This document shows positions 1-9,651 of a stretch of 64,000 bases of DNA, in pieces (position 1 is the stretch's first letter; the number at the start of each line of letters is the position of its first letter). The stretch comes from Clostridia bacterium (GTDB taxonomy: Bacteria; CBDUZB01; JAGLHV01), in the NCBI GenBank assembly GCA_030637025.1, contig DAOVVV010000008.1:5802-69801 (forward strand), read 5' to 3'. The notes below the pieces were generated by a model. That model saw only the letters and a list, made by a program, of their open reading frames with translations. It ran no database searches and was not told where the DNA came from. The position numbers and the translations under genes are program-made.

Positions 1-135
1 ATTTTTAAGCATAGCTTTTAAAAAAGGAAAAAGGACTTAATTTTGCAGTGAAAGATAAGAAATCAATGTGAGATAGACGGGGAATGGAGATTAATAGATG
101 GTTCCTTTTACTAATTGCCTAAAATGCAGGCATAC

Positions 136-151
136 TGGCAACCAAATTGCG
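136..151 (+). promoter_or_regulatory. sigma-54-type -24/-12 promoter-like motif (TGGCAA-N6-TTGC) upstream of glnA
   Basis: ctGGcaaccaaatTGCg: GG at 137-138 and GC at 149-150, a 12-nt offset identical to the TGGCAC-N5-TTGCW consensus. glnA is a classical RpoN target in other bacteria. Confidence 0.3.
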
Positions 152-170
152 TAAATAGAAGTAGAGAGGA

Positions 171-209
171 AAACGGCTATTTTATGGAATTAAGATAAAA
201 TAGCCGTTT
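171..209. terminator. perfect 14-bp stem hairpin (aaacggctatttta / taaaatagccgttt), 11-nt loop, no U-tract
   Basis: Inverted repeat read directly from the sequence. Possible terminator of an upstream gene, or a protein or RNA structural site in the glnA leader. Confidence 0.35.
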
Positions 210-253
210 GATTGCTCAGAAACTATTGGTTAATAAAAACCAAAAAAAATTAA

Positions 254-396
254 GAGTTCTGCGAAATAACGCATTCTGTCATTCCGCACTTGATGCGGAA
301 TCTAAAATGTAATGGATTCCTGCTTTCGCAGGAATGACCCGCCTTACAGACTGGCGGGCAAACAAAAAGGGTAAAAAGGTTATTTTGCAGAAGTCT
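254..396 (+). mobile_element. MITE-like composite repeat copy with TIRs (5' AGAGTTCTGC ... 3' GCAGAAGTCT). Contains REP-like palindromes gtcattccgcacttgatgcggaatc and ggattcctgctttcgcaggaatgac
   Basis: Near-identical copies at 16784-16924, 26596-26735 and 53940-54091. Its 3' end lies 33 nt before the glnA ATG. Confidence 0.6.
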
Positions 397-429
397 AAAA
401 CCAAAAAAAATTAAAAGGAGGAAAAAGAA

Positions 430-1761
430 ATGGGAAGCAGAAGTAAAGAAGAAATTTTGAAATTAGTAAAAGAAAATGATGTTAAATTTATTAGATTGTG
501 GTTTACCGACATTTTAGGACAGGTTAAAAGTTTTGCCATTACTGATAATGAATTAGAAACTGCCTTAGAAAACGGTATGGGTTTTGATGGTTCTTCCATT
601 ACCGGTTATCAATCCATAGAAGAAAGTGATATGATTGCTTTTCCTGATACAAGTACCTTTGAGCTACTTCCCTGGCGGCCAAAAGAAAAAGCAGTGGCCC
701 GTATGATTTGCGATATTTTAACCCCTGATAGAAAACCCTATGAAGGGGATCCCCGTTATATATTAAAAAAAGCCTTAAAAAGAGCTAACGATATGGGATT
801 TGACCATTTTTACATAGGACCGGAATTAGAATTTTTCTATTTTAAGAATGATCAGGGTGCTGAGGTTTTAGATAAAGGAGGGTATTTTGATTTAACTACC
901 TTAGATGTTGCTTCTGATTTAAGACGGGATACGGTACTGGCTTTAGAATCAATGGGAATACAGATTGAGTATAGTCACCATGAAGTAGGACCCAGTCAGC
1001 ACGAAATAGATATGCGTTATGATGATGCCATAAAAATGGCTGATAATGTAATAACTTATCGTATTATTGTTAAGGAAATTGCTCAAAAATACGGGGTGTA
1101 TGCTACATTTATGCCTAAACCGGTTTTTGGAGAAAATGGCAGTGGTATGCATACTCATCAGTCTCTTTTTAAAGGAGATAAAAATTCCTTTTTTTCCAAA
1201 AAGGATAAAAATTACTTAAGCGATACAGCCAAAAAATTTATTGCCGGACAAATAGTACATGCTAAGGAAATGAGTGCAGTATTTGCCCAATGGGTAAATT
1301 CTTACAAAAGACTTGTTCCGGGATATGAAGCCCCGGTTTATATTGCCTGGTCGCGAAGAAACAGATCAGCTTTAATCAGGGTGCCGGAATATCATCCGGG
1401 AAAGGAACAGGCAACGAGAATGGAATTTAGGTCTCCGGATCCTGCTTGCAATCCTTATCTAACCTTTGCGGTGTTACTGAATGCCGGTTTAGACGGTATT
1501 GAGAAAAATTATGAATTACCTGAATCAATAGAGAAGAATTTGTACAATTTAAGTGCGGAAGAGAGAAAAGATTTAGGAGTGGCGTCTCTGCCGGATAGTT
1601 TGGGAGAAGCAGTTAATCTATTGGAGAAGAGCGATTTTATAAAAAAAGCTCTAGGTGAGCATGTATTTTCTCGTTTTGTAACTTTAAAAAGAAAAGAATG
1701 GGATGATTATCGAATTCAATTGACCAAATATGAATTAGATAAGTTACTTCCCATACTCTAA
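430..1761 (+). CDS. glnA: glutamine synthetase type I (443 aa, GSI-alpha-like)
   Basis: Full-length Gln-synt N and C domains. Starts with the MxxxSKEEILKLVKENDVKFIRLWFTDILG pattern typical of GlnA. AAAAGGAGG RBS. Confidence 0.9.
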   Translation: MGSRSKEEILKLVKENDVKFIRLWFTDILGQVKSFAITDNELETALENGMGFDGSSITGYQSIEESDMIAFPDTSTFELLPWRPKEKAVARMICDILTPDRKPYEGDPRYILKKALKRANDMGFDHFYIGPELEFFYFKNDQGAEVLDKGGYFDLTTLDVASDLRRDTVLALESMGIQIEYSHHEVGPSQHEIDMRYDDAIKMADNVITYRIIVKEIAQKYGVYATFMPKPVFGENGSGMHTHQSLFKGDKNSFFSKKDKNYLSDTAKKFIAGQIVHAKEMSAVFAQWVNSYKRLVPGYEAPVYIAWSRRNRSALIRVPEYHPGKEQATRMEFRSPDPACNPYLTFAVLLNAGLDGIEKNYELPESIEKNLYNLSAEERKDLGVASLPDSLGEAVNLLEKSDFIKKALGEHVFSRFVTLKRKEWDDYRIQLTKYELDKLLPIL

Positions 1762-1773
1762 AATAAGGGAGTA

Positions 1774-1824
1774 TATACACAACCTTGGTTTTCTATTTAA
1801 ATAGGGAACCAAGGTGATGTGTTA
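1774..1824. terminator. imperfect long hairpin after glnA (core ccttggtt / aaccaagg)
   Basis: Inverted repeat 13 nt after the glnA stop. No clear U-tract. Confidence 0.3.
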
Positions 1825-1841
1825 TATTAGATTAAACGGTT

Positions 1842-2549
1842 ATGGTTTTAATTATAAAACATGTTACAGTAGAAGGTCCGGGGTTAATTGGTGATTTTTT
1901 TCAAGCTAGCAAATGGCAGATAAAAACGGTTGAATTGGGGAATGGGGATAAATTACCCGAAGACCTTCAAGGAATCAAAGGGATTATTGTTTTAGGTGGA
2001 CCGATGAATGTGGATGAAGAGAAACAATATCCTTTTTTGAAAGAGGAAAATAAGTTCTTAAAAAAAGCAATGATATTTAATATTCCTCTTTTAGGCATAT
2101 GTTTAGGTTCGCAGCTTCTGGCTAAAGCAACAGGAGCGAAAGTGCGAAAAGGTGTGGCGAAGGAAATCGGATGGTACAAAATTAATTTAACCGAAGAAAG
2201 TAAAAAAGATTTACTTTTTGAAGGTTTAGGAAAAAATTTGGAAGTATTTCAATGGCACGAAGACCAATTTGACTTACCGCAAGGAGCTTTATTATTAGCA
2301 AGATCTAAAATTTGTCCGAATCAGGCATTTAAGATAGGAAAGAATGCTTATGGCTTGCAGTTTCATATAGAAATTACTCCCGGGATGATTGAATCTTGGG
2401 TAAAGAAATATTATGTAGAGAATGGTAAGCAGTCGATTAAAATAACAGATGTGCAAAAGATGCTTATAGATACATATAGAAAAAAAGGACAATTAACGAG
2501 ACAGACAAAAAAAATTCTTTCCAATTTTTCTCAAATAATAGCAGGGTAA
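1842..2549 (+). CDS. class I glutamine amidotransferase-like protein (GATase1 / peptidase C26-like)
   Basis: GICLGSQLL nucleophile-elbow Cys and a QFHIE His motif, ~235 aa. Sits immediately after glnA. Confidence 0.65.
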   Translation: MVLIIKHVTVEGPGLIGDFFQASKWQIKTVELGNGDKLPEDLQGIKGIIVLGGPMNVDEEKQYPFLKEENKFLKKAMIFNIPLLGICLGSQLLAKATGAKVRKGVAKEIGWYKINLTEESKKDLLFEGLGKNLEVFQWHEDQFDLPQGALLLARSKICPNQAFKIGKNAYGLQFHIEITPGMIESWVKKYYVENGKQSIKITDVQKMLIDTYRKKGQLTRQTKKILSNFSQIIAG

Positions 2550-2552
2550 AAG

Positions 2553-2702
2553 TGGCAGTCGCAACCTTTAGGTTGCGTTCTCAGAGGAGATTTTCCGCAG
2601 GCTTTAGCCTGCGACTACCAAAAAGGGAGTTATGACACACTCTGTTCGCAGGAATCCATTTTGTCGACGATATCCTGGATTCCCGCTTTCGCGGGAATAA
2701 CA
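2553..2702. repeat. ~70-bp palindromic element (tggcagtcgc-hairpin-hairpin-gcgactacca) followed by REP-like half sites
   Basis: Copies at 4973-5038, 16375-16525, 35596-35627 and 53376-53403. Contains gcaacctttaggttgc and gcaggctttagcctgc hairpins. Confidence 0.6.
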
Positions 2703-2810
2703 ACAATAGGACTTTGGCAATAAATTCATAGTCTTCCGAATATTAAAAAAGGAATATGCTGAAAAATGAAAGTCAGGATCTATCTTGACACTACTTTAGA
2801 AAAAGACAAT

Positions 2811-2839
2811 TTGACAGGTGTTTTTTTTTGATGTATAAT
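2811..2839 (+). promoter_or_regulatory. consensus sigma-70 promoter TTGACA-N17-TATAAT
   Basis: TTGACA at 2811-2816 and TATAAT at 2834-2839. About 22 nt upstream of the 2861 start codon. Confidence 0.6.
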
Positions 2840-2860
2840 GCTTAAAATTTAGGCAGAATA

Positions 2861-3232
2861 ATGATTAATATTTCCATAATCGATAAAGAAAGAAAAGTAT
2901 CCTTACTAATTATTAAAGCCCTTAATGATGCTGGGTATTGCATAAAAAAAATAGATACTGAACAGGAAAAACAAATAATAGAAATAGAAGAGAAAAAAGT
3001 TTCTTTTGAACGATCAGTTAAAGAGCTGGAGGATTTTTTTATCCGCAGTAAAGAAAAAGAGCTTTATAAATTTATTTTAACTGCAATAGAAAAACCTTTA
3101 ATTGAGGATGTTTTAGAAAAATGTAGCGGAAATAAAGTGCAAGCAGCACAAATTTTAGGTATAAATAGGAATACTTTACATACTAAAATTAAAAAGTTAG
3201 GGATTAAAATAGAAAAATGGAAAAAAGAATGA
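2861..3232 (+). CDS. small regulator with C-terminal Fis-type (NtrC C-terminal-like) HTH
   Basis: C-terminal ...NKVQAAQILGINRNTLHTKIKKLGI resembles the HTH_8/Fis motif. No AAA+ or receiver domain. Its stop overlaps the nadE start. Confidence 0.5.
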   Translation: MINISIIDKERKVSLLIIKALNDAGYCIKKIDTEQEKQIIEIEEKKVSFERSVKELEDFFIRSKEKELYKFILTAIEKPLIEDVLEKCSGNKVQAAQILGINRNTLHTKIKKLGIKIEKWKKE

Positions 3233-4905
3233 GAATAGCTCTGGCCCAGATTAATTCTGTAGTGGGGGATTTAGAGGGAAATGTAAATAAAATTGTTCAT
3301 TTTGTGAAAAAAGCGCAAAAATTCAAAGCGGATATAGTAACATTTCCGGAATTAGCTATATGTGGATATCCCCCTGAAGATTTATTATTAAAAGAACATT
3401 TTGTGAAAGATAATCTAAAAGCATTAAATTCATTAGTAAGGAAAATTAGCAATATTGCAGTAATTGTCGGATTTGTAGATAGGGATAAAAAGGGTTATTT
3501 ATATAATGCAGCAGCTGTAATTAGTAAGGGGAAAATAAAAGGAATTTATCACAAGGTCAAGTTACCTAATTACGGAGTTTTTGATGAGAAAAGATATTTT
3601 CAACCAGGCAAAGAATTTCCTTTGTTTGAATTAAATCAGGTTGTTTTCGGAATTAATATTTGTGAAGATATCTGGGAACTAAAAGGAGTAGCGAAATTAC
3701 AGGCGGATGAAGGAGCACAAGTAATTATAAATATTTCCGCTTCTCCGTATTATGCCGGAAAAGAAAATTTAAAAAAGAAAATATTAACTAAGCAGGCAAA
3801 AGAAACAAGAACTTATCTTTGTTATAATAATTTAGTAGGAGGACAGGACGAACTTGTTTTTGACGGAGGCAGTGTTGTTTTTGATTTTGCGGGGAAAGAA
3901 ATAATAAGGGGTAAACAGTTTGAGGAAGATTTAATTATTGCTGATTTGCCAATAAAAAAAATAACAAATAAAATTAGAGGTAAAAAGTGTATTAAAATAA
4001 GTATCCCGGAAAATATTAAAAAACCTGTTTTACCAGAAAGTAAAGTAAAAAAATCAAAACAAATAAATAAAATTTATTCTGCTTTAGTTTTAGGAACGCA
4101 GGACTATATAAGAAAAAATGGTTTCCAGAAAGTAGTTGTTGGATTAAGTGGGGGAATAGATTCTGCTTTAACTGCGGTAATTGCCAGAGATGCAATAGGT
4201 AAAGAAAATGTTATTGGTATTTCAATGCCTTCCCGTTATTCATTAATGGAGACACAAAAAGATGCCCGTATTTTAGCTAAAAATTTAGGGATTAGATTTA
4301 TTACCATATCAATAGAAGATATTTTTAAAGTTTATTTAAGGGTACTGGAAAAGGAGTTTTTAGGGTTAAAAAATGATGTTACCGAAGAGAACTTACAGGC
4401 CAGAATAAGAGGAAATATCTTAATGGCTTTTTCTAATAAGTTTAATTGGCTGGTACTTACTACCGGAAATAAAAGTGAGACATCTGTTGGGTATTGCACC
4501 TTGTATGGTGATATGGCCGGCGGATTTGCCGTAATAAAAGATGTTCCGAAAATAATGGTTTACCGGTTAGCTGAATTTGTAAATGAAAAAGAAAATGAAA
4601 GTTTAATACCGGAAAGTATTCTGGTTCGGGAGCCATCGGCGGAATTGCGGGAAAATCAAAAAGACCGGGATAGTTTGCCTCCTTATACGATTTTAGATAA
4701 AATCATAAAGGGTTATGTGGAAGAAGACAAAAGTTCCAAAAAAATAACTACTAATAAAATCAGTATTGGTACGGTAAGAAAAATTATCCGGATGGTTGAT
4801 AAAAATGAATATAAACGCAGACAATCTTCTCCGGGGATAAAAATTACTTCCAAAGCATTTGGTAAGGACAGAAGATTTCCTATTACTAATAAATATAAAG
4901 AGTAG
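3229..4905 (+). CDS. nadE: glutamine-dependent NAD+ synthetase (nitrilase-like glutaminase domain + NAD synthase domain)
   Basis: MRIALAQIN start typical of the CN-hydrolase domain. The C-terminal half carries the PP-loop SGGIDS. An alternative in-frame ATG lies at 3217. Confidence 0.85.
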   Translation: MRIALAQINSVVGDLEGNVNKIVHFVKKAQKFKADIVTFPELAICGYPPEDLLLKEHFVKDNLKALNSLVRKISNIAVIVGFVDRDKKGYLYNAAAVISKGKIKGIYHKVKLPNYGVFDEKRYFQPGKEFPLFELNQVVFGINICEDIWELKGVAKLQADEGAQVIINISASPYYAGKENLKKKILTKQAKETRTYLCYNNLVGGQDELVFDGGSVVFDFAGKEIIRGKQFEEDLIIADLPIKKITNKIRGKKCIKISIPENIKKPVLPESKVKKSKQINKIYSALVLGTQDYIRKNGFQKVVVGLSGGIDSALTAVIARDAIGKENVIGISMPSRYSLMETQKDARILAKNLGIRFITISIEDIFKVYLRVLEKEFLGLKNDVTEENLQARIRGNILMAFSNKFNWLVLTTGNKSETSVGYCTLYGDMAGGFAVIKDVPKIMVYRLAEFVNEKENESLIPESILVREPSAELRENQKDRDSLPPYTILDKIIKGYVEEDKSSKKITTNKISIGTVRKIIRMVDKNEYKRRQSSPGIKITSKAFGKDRRFPITNKYKE

Positions 4906-4972
4906 TGAAAGTGTCAAAAAAGGAATGGCAAGAAAAACAGAAAGAAGTTTGTAGATAAAGAGAAAATCGGGG

Positions 4973-5038
4973 GGTAGCCGCAGGCTTTAGCCTGCGTTAT
5001 CGTTGGAGATTTTACGCAGGCTAAAGCCTGCGACTACA
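4973..5038. repeat. palindromic element copy (ggtagccgcaggctttagcctgcg...cgcaggctaaagcctgcgactaca)
   Basis: Same architecture as 2553-2620. Two internal 16-bp hairpins flanked by inverted ends. Confidence 0.6.
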
Positions 5039-5109
5039 AAAACAGAAATCAGAACAGAAATATGCAGATATTTTTGACAATACTAAAGGAATATTGAAAG
5101 AGATAAAAA

Positions 5110-8100
5110 ATGAAAAATACATTTTTTCCTAAAAAACAAGGATTATATGATCCACAATTTGAAAAGGATTCCTGTGGTGTAGGATTTGTGTGTGATATAA
5201 AAGGCAGGCAATCTAACGAAATGTTGCATTTGGGGATACAATCTCTTAATCGCCTCCTACATCGTGGTGCTACCGGCGCAGATCCTGAAACCGGAGATGG
5301 TGCGGGTATTCTTATTCAAATCCCCGATGAATTTTTCCAAAAAGAAACTCAAAAAATAGGAATTGATTTACCCCCATTAGGTGAATACGGTACAGGTTTA
5401 ATATTTTTACCTCCGGATAAAAAAGAGCGGCAGTTTTGTAAAGATATTTTTACAAAAATAATCAAACAGGAGCAGCAAAAACTTTTAGGATGGCGCAGGG
5501 TTCCGGTGGATGATTCCAGTATCGGTAAAACTGCCCGCCAGACTCAACCGGTGATTGAACAAATTTTTATTGCTAAAGACCCGAAGGTCAAAAAACAGAT
5601 ATATTTTGAAAGGCGCCTTTATGTAATTAGAAAACAGATAGAAAATATTATTCGTGCTTCTAATTTAAAACAAAAATCATATTTTTATGTTAATAATATT
5701 TCCTCTCGTACTTTTGCTTATAAAGGGCTATTAATTTCTAATCAATTGGAAAACTTTTTTCTGGATCTTAAAGATAAAAGCTTAAAAACCGCTCTTTGTT
5801 TAGTACATGCGCGCTATAGCACCAATACTTTTCCTACATGGGATTTGGCTCAGCCATTTAGGTTCTTAGCTCATAACGGAGAGATTAATACCTTACAGGG
5901 TAATATTAATTGGATGCGGGCCAGAGAAGGTTTACTACAAAGTGAAGTGTTTAGCGATCAAGATATTGAAAAAATAAAATCCATAATTGTTCCGGGTGGA
6001 AGTGATTCTGCAACTATTGATAATGTATTTGAATTACTTGCTTTAACCGATAAGTCCCTTCCACATGCGATGATGATGCTTATTCCCGGTGCCTGGCAGG
6101 AAAATAAATTAATGGATAAAAAATTAAAAGATTTTTATAAGTATCATGCCTGCTTTATGGAACCGTGGGATGGACCGGCTGCTATTGCTTTTACGGATGG
6201 GGTTAAAATCGGTGCTGTATTAGACAGGAATGGTTTGCGCCCGGCACGTTATATTGTAACTAAGAAAAATTTTGTGGTTATGGCGTCAGAAGTAGGGGTT
6301 TTAGATATAGCTCCGGAAGATATTCTTTTATCAGGAAGGTTAGAGCCGGGTAAAATATTTTTTATCGATACGGAAAAGGGGGAAATTGTCGAGGATAATG
6401 AAATAAAATTGGAAATGGCAGAAAGGCATCCCTATGGTCATTGGATGAAAGAACAGATGGTTGATCTTGATAAAATGCCGGCAGTTAAAAATACCCAAAA
6501 AATTATGCAGGATAGAGTAACATTTTTAAAAGCCTTTGGTTATACCCGCGAAGACTTAAAGTTTATTATCAAATTTATGGCTGAAAACGGAGAGGAACCT
6601 ACAGGTTCAATGGGGGATGATACCCCTCCTGCAATTTTATCTAAAGAACCGGAGCTTCTTTATAATTATTTTAAACAACTTTTTGCCCAGGTAACTAATC
6701 CGGCCATTGATCCTATAAGAGAAAACTTAGTAATGAGCCTGGAAAGTTATATCGGTTCTGAAAAGAATATTTTAGCAGAGACATCTTTACATTGTCATAA
6801 ATTAAGAGTAAAGAAACCTGTTTTGAGTAACGAAGATTTAGAAAAAATACGCAACATAAAAAAGAATGATCTTAAAACAAAGACTATTTCCGTTTTGTTT
6901 TCCACTAAGAACAAAGATAATAAGGAATTTATAAAAGCCCTGGATAAAATATGTGCAGAGGCAGTTATGGCAATCAAAGAAGGGTATACTTTTATTATTT
7001 TAAGTGACCGGGGTGTTAATAAAGAATATGCGGCAATACCGATTCTTTTAGCTCTGGGGGCCGTACATCATTTTTTAGTAAAAAAGGCTTTGCGTTCTCA
7101 AATTGGAATTATAATAGAAAGTGCGGAACCACGCGAAGTTCATCACTTTGCTCTTCTTTTTGGATACGGTGCTGATTGTATTAATTCTTATTTGGCCTAT
7201 GATGCAATTAAATATTTAATAGATGAGAACCGGATAGAATTAGATTATGATATTGCTTTGAGTAATTATAGAAAAGCTGTTGATAAAGGAATATTTAAAA
7301 TCCTTTCGAAGATGGGGATATCAACCTTACAAAGTTACAAAGGTGCTCAGATATTTGAAGCCCTGGGTTTAAAGGAAGAGATAATTAACAGGTGTTTTTT
7401 AGGAACGGTTTCCCGTATTGGCGGAGCAGGGTTTGATGTTATTATTAAAGAAACTCTTTTGCGCCACGAAAAAGCCTATTCCCAAAAAGAAACAACAACT
7501 TCTTCTTATCTGGATGCCGGTGGTGTGTACCAATGGAAAAGAAACGAAAAGTTTCATTTATGGAATCCCCAGACTATTTCTGCTTTACAGAATGCAGTCA
7601 GACAAAATAGTTATTCCGGGTATAAAGAATTTGCCCGTACGATAAATGACCAATCAGAAAATCCTGCTACTCTACGCAGTTTATTTAAATTTAAAAAAAC
7701 CGGAGCGATACCAATAAACAAAGTAGAACCGGCAGAAAAAATCCTAAAACGTTTTGTTACCGGGGCAATGAGCTTTGGTTCTATTTCCAAAGGAGCGCAC
7801 GAAAGTATTGCTATTGCGATGAATCGATTAGGTGCCCGTTCCAATACAGGGGAAGGGGGTGAAGATCCTGCACGGTTTAAGCCGTCGACTAATGGTAATT
7901 TTAAGCGTAGTGCAATAAAACAGGTTGCTTCAGGAAGATTTGGAGTAACTACGAATTATTTGGTAAATGCTGATGAGTTACAAATAAAAATAGCACAAGG
8001 GGCAAAACCCGGGGAAGGGGGGCAGCTTCCCGGGCATAAAGTAAGCCCGGCTATTGCCCAAATTCGTTATACTACCCCGGGAGTAATTTTAATTTCTCCT

Positions 8101-9651
8101 CCACCCCATCACGATATTTATTCTATTGAAGATTTAGCTCAATTAATCTTTGACTTAAAAAATACTAATCCCGGTGCCCGGATAAGCGTTAAACTTGTTT
8201 CTGAAATGGGGGTAGGAACAGTTGCGGCCGGAGTAGCTAAGGGACATGCCGATATGATTTTAATTTCCGGAGGAGATGGGGGAACCGGTGCTTCTCCCCG
8301 GAGTTCTATAAGGTATGCCGGTCTTCCCTGGGAATTAGGTATTTCAGAAACACATCAGACCCTGGTTTTGAATGATTTGCGTTCAAGGGTACGTTTACAA
8401 ACCGACGGACAAATGCGTACGGGGCGGGATATAGCCATTGCAGCCCTTTTGGGAGCAGATGAATTTGGTTTCGGTTCAGTTGTTTTGGTTGTTTTGGGAT
8501 GTATGATGCTCAGGCATTGCCATCTTAATAATTGTTCGTTAGGTGTTGCTACTCAAGACGAAGTTTTACAGGAAAGATTTAAAGGTAAACCTGAACACAT
8601 TGAGAATTATTTTCGTTTTGTAGCTGAGGAGATACGAGAAATTATGGCTGAGTTAGGATTTAGTAAAATGGATGAAATGGTCGGACGAACAGATTTATTA
8701 GAAATAAACCAAAATATTATTCCATGGAAAGCTAAAAATATTGATTATTCCGGTATTCTTTATCAGCCGCAAGGAGCTCATAAATTTTCAGGTTCGATTG
8801 AGCAGGATCACGGAATTGAGTACGTTTTGGATAAGAAACTTATTGAATATGCCCGGCCGGCTTTAGAGCAAGCACAAAAAGTTAGCATGGAGTTGAAAAT
8901 CAAAAATGTAAATAGAACCACCGGGGCAATGTTGAGTGGAAAGGTATGTAAAAAATATGGGGAAAAAGCCCTTGCAGAGGATACTATTTGTTTTAAGTTT
9001 AAAGGTGTCGCCGGTCAGAGCTTTGGTGCCTGGTTGGCTAAAGGGATAACCTTTGAATTGGAGGGTTTGGCTAATGATTATATCGGGAAAGGTATATCCG
9101 GAGGAAAAATAATTGTTTATCCGGATAAGAAATCGGATTATAAACCGGAGGAAAATATTATTATTGGGAATACGACTTTTTATGGTGCAATAGCAGGAGA
9201 GGCTTATATTTGCGGGGTTGCCGGGGAGAGATTTTGTATAAGAAATTCCGGTTTATACGCAGTGGTAGAAGGAGTGGGAGATCACGGTTGTGAATATATG
9301 ACCGGGGGAAGAGTGGTTATTTTAGGTAAAACAGGAAGGAATTTTGCTGCCGGAATGTCAGGTGGGATTGCCTATGTTTACGATGAAAAAAATAATTTTA
9401 AAGATAAATGCAATTTGAATATGGTAGAGTTGGAAAAAATAGATAAAGAAGATGAAAAAACCGTTTATGATTTACTGAATAGTCACTATATTTATACGCA
9501 AAGTTCCCGGGCAAAAACGATTTTAGATAATTTTAAAAATAAAATTAAAAAGTTTATTAAAGTAATGCCTGTAGAATACAAGCGTGTTTTAGAAGAAAAG
9601 AGAAAAAAAGAGACATTAGATTTGGAGGGGGTTTCAAATGGGAGATCCTAA
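5110..9651 (+). CDS. gltB: glutamate synthase large subunit (1513 aa)
   Basis: N-terminal Ntn amidotransferase domain (Cys in DSCGVGF), central domain, FMN domain and C-terminal GXGXG domain. Confidence 0.92.
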   Translation: MKNTFFPKKQGLYDPQFEKDSCGVGFVCDIKGRQSNEMLHLGIQSLNRLLHRGATGADPETGDGAGILIQIPDEFFQKETQKIGIDLPPLGEYGTGLIFLPPDKKERQFCKDIFTKIIKQEQQKLLGWRRVPVDDSSIGKTARQTQPVIEQIFIAKDPKVKKQIYFERRLYVIRKQIENIIRASNLKQKSYFYVNNISSRTFAYKGLLISNQLENFFLDLKDKSLKTALCLVHARYSTNTFPTWDLAQPFRFLAHNGEINTLQGNINWMRAREGLLQSEVFSDQDIEKIKSIIVPGGSDSATIDNVFELLALTDKSLPHAMMMLIPGAWQENKLMDKKLKDFYKYHACFMEPWDGPAAIAFTDGVKIGAVLDRNGLRPARYIVTKKNFVVMASEVGVLDIAPEDILLSGRLEPGKIFFIDTEKGEIVEDNEIKLEMAERHPYGHWMKEQMVDLDKMPAVKNTQKIMQDRVTFLKAFGYTREDLKFIIKFMAENGEEPTGSMGDDTPPAILSKEPELLYNYFKQLFAQVTNPAIDPIRENLVMSLESYIGSEKNILAETSLHCHKLRVKKPVLSNEDLEKIRNIKKNDLKTKTISVLFSTKNKDNKEFIKALDKICAEAVMAIKEGYTFIILSDRGVNKEYAAIPILLALGAVHHFLVKKALRSQIGIIIESAEPREVHHFALLFGYGADCINSYLAYDAIKYLIDENRIELDYDIALSNYRKAVDKGIFKILSKMGISTLQSYKGAQIFEALGLKEEIINRCFLGTVSRIGGAGFDVIIKETLLRHEKAYSQKETTTSSYLDAGGVYQWKRNEKFHLWNPQTISALQNAVRQNSYSGYKEFARTINDQSENPATLRSLFKFKKTGAIPINKVEPAEKILKRFVTGAMSFGSISKGAHESIAIAMNRLGARSNTGEGGEDPARFKPSTNGNFKRSAIKQVASGRFGVTTNYLVNADELQIKIAQGAKPGEGGQLPGHKVSPAIAQIRYTTPGVILISPPPHHDIYSIEDLAQLIFDLKNTNPGARISVKLVSEMGVGTVAAGVAKGHADMILISGGDGGTGASPRSSIRYAGLPWELGISETHQTLVLNDLRSRVRLQTDGQMRTGRDIAIAALLGADEFGFGSVVLVVLGCMMLRHCHLNNCSLGVATQDEVLQERFKGKPEHIENYFRFVAEEIREIMAELGFSKMDEMVGRTDLLEINQNIIPWKAKNIDYSGILYQPQGAHKFSGSIEQDHGIEYVLDKKLIEYARPALEQAQKVSMELKIKNVNRTTGAMLSGKVCKKYGEKALAEDTICFKFKGVAGQSFGAWLAKGITFELEGLANDYIGKGISGGKIIVYPDKKSDYKPEENIIIGNTTFYGAIAGEAYICGVAGERFCIRNSGLYAVVEGVGDHGCEYMTGGRVVILGKTGRNFAAGMSGGIAYVYDEKNNFKDKCNLNMVELEKIDKEDEKTVYDLLNSHYIYTQSSRAKTILDNFKNKIKKFIKVMPVEYKRVLEEKRKKETLDLEGVSNGRS

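Noticed and set aside
380-397. Bacteroidetes-type -7 promoter motif (TAnnTTTG) in the MITE 3' end (TATTTTG)
   Set aside because: One T short of the consensus and no TTTG at -33. The organism uses strong Shine-Dalgarno sites, which argues against a Bacteroidetes-type expression system.
5076-5081. TTGACA hexamers upstream of gltB (5076-5081), carB (13029-13034) and carA (11689-11694)
   Set aside because: No acceptable -10 hexamer at a 16-19-nt spacing. Not reported as promoters.
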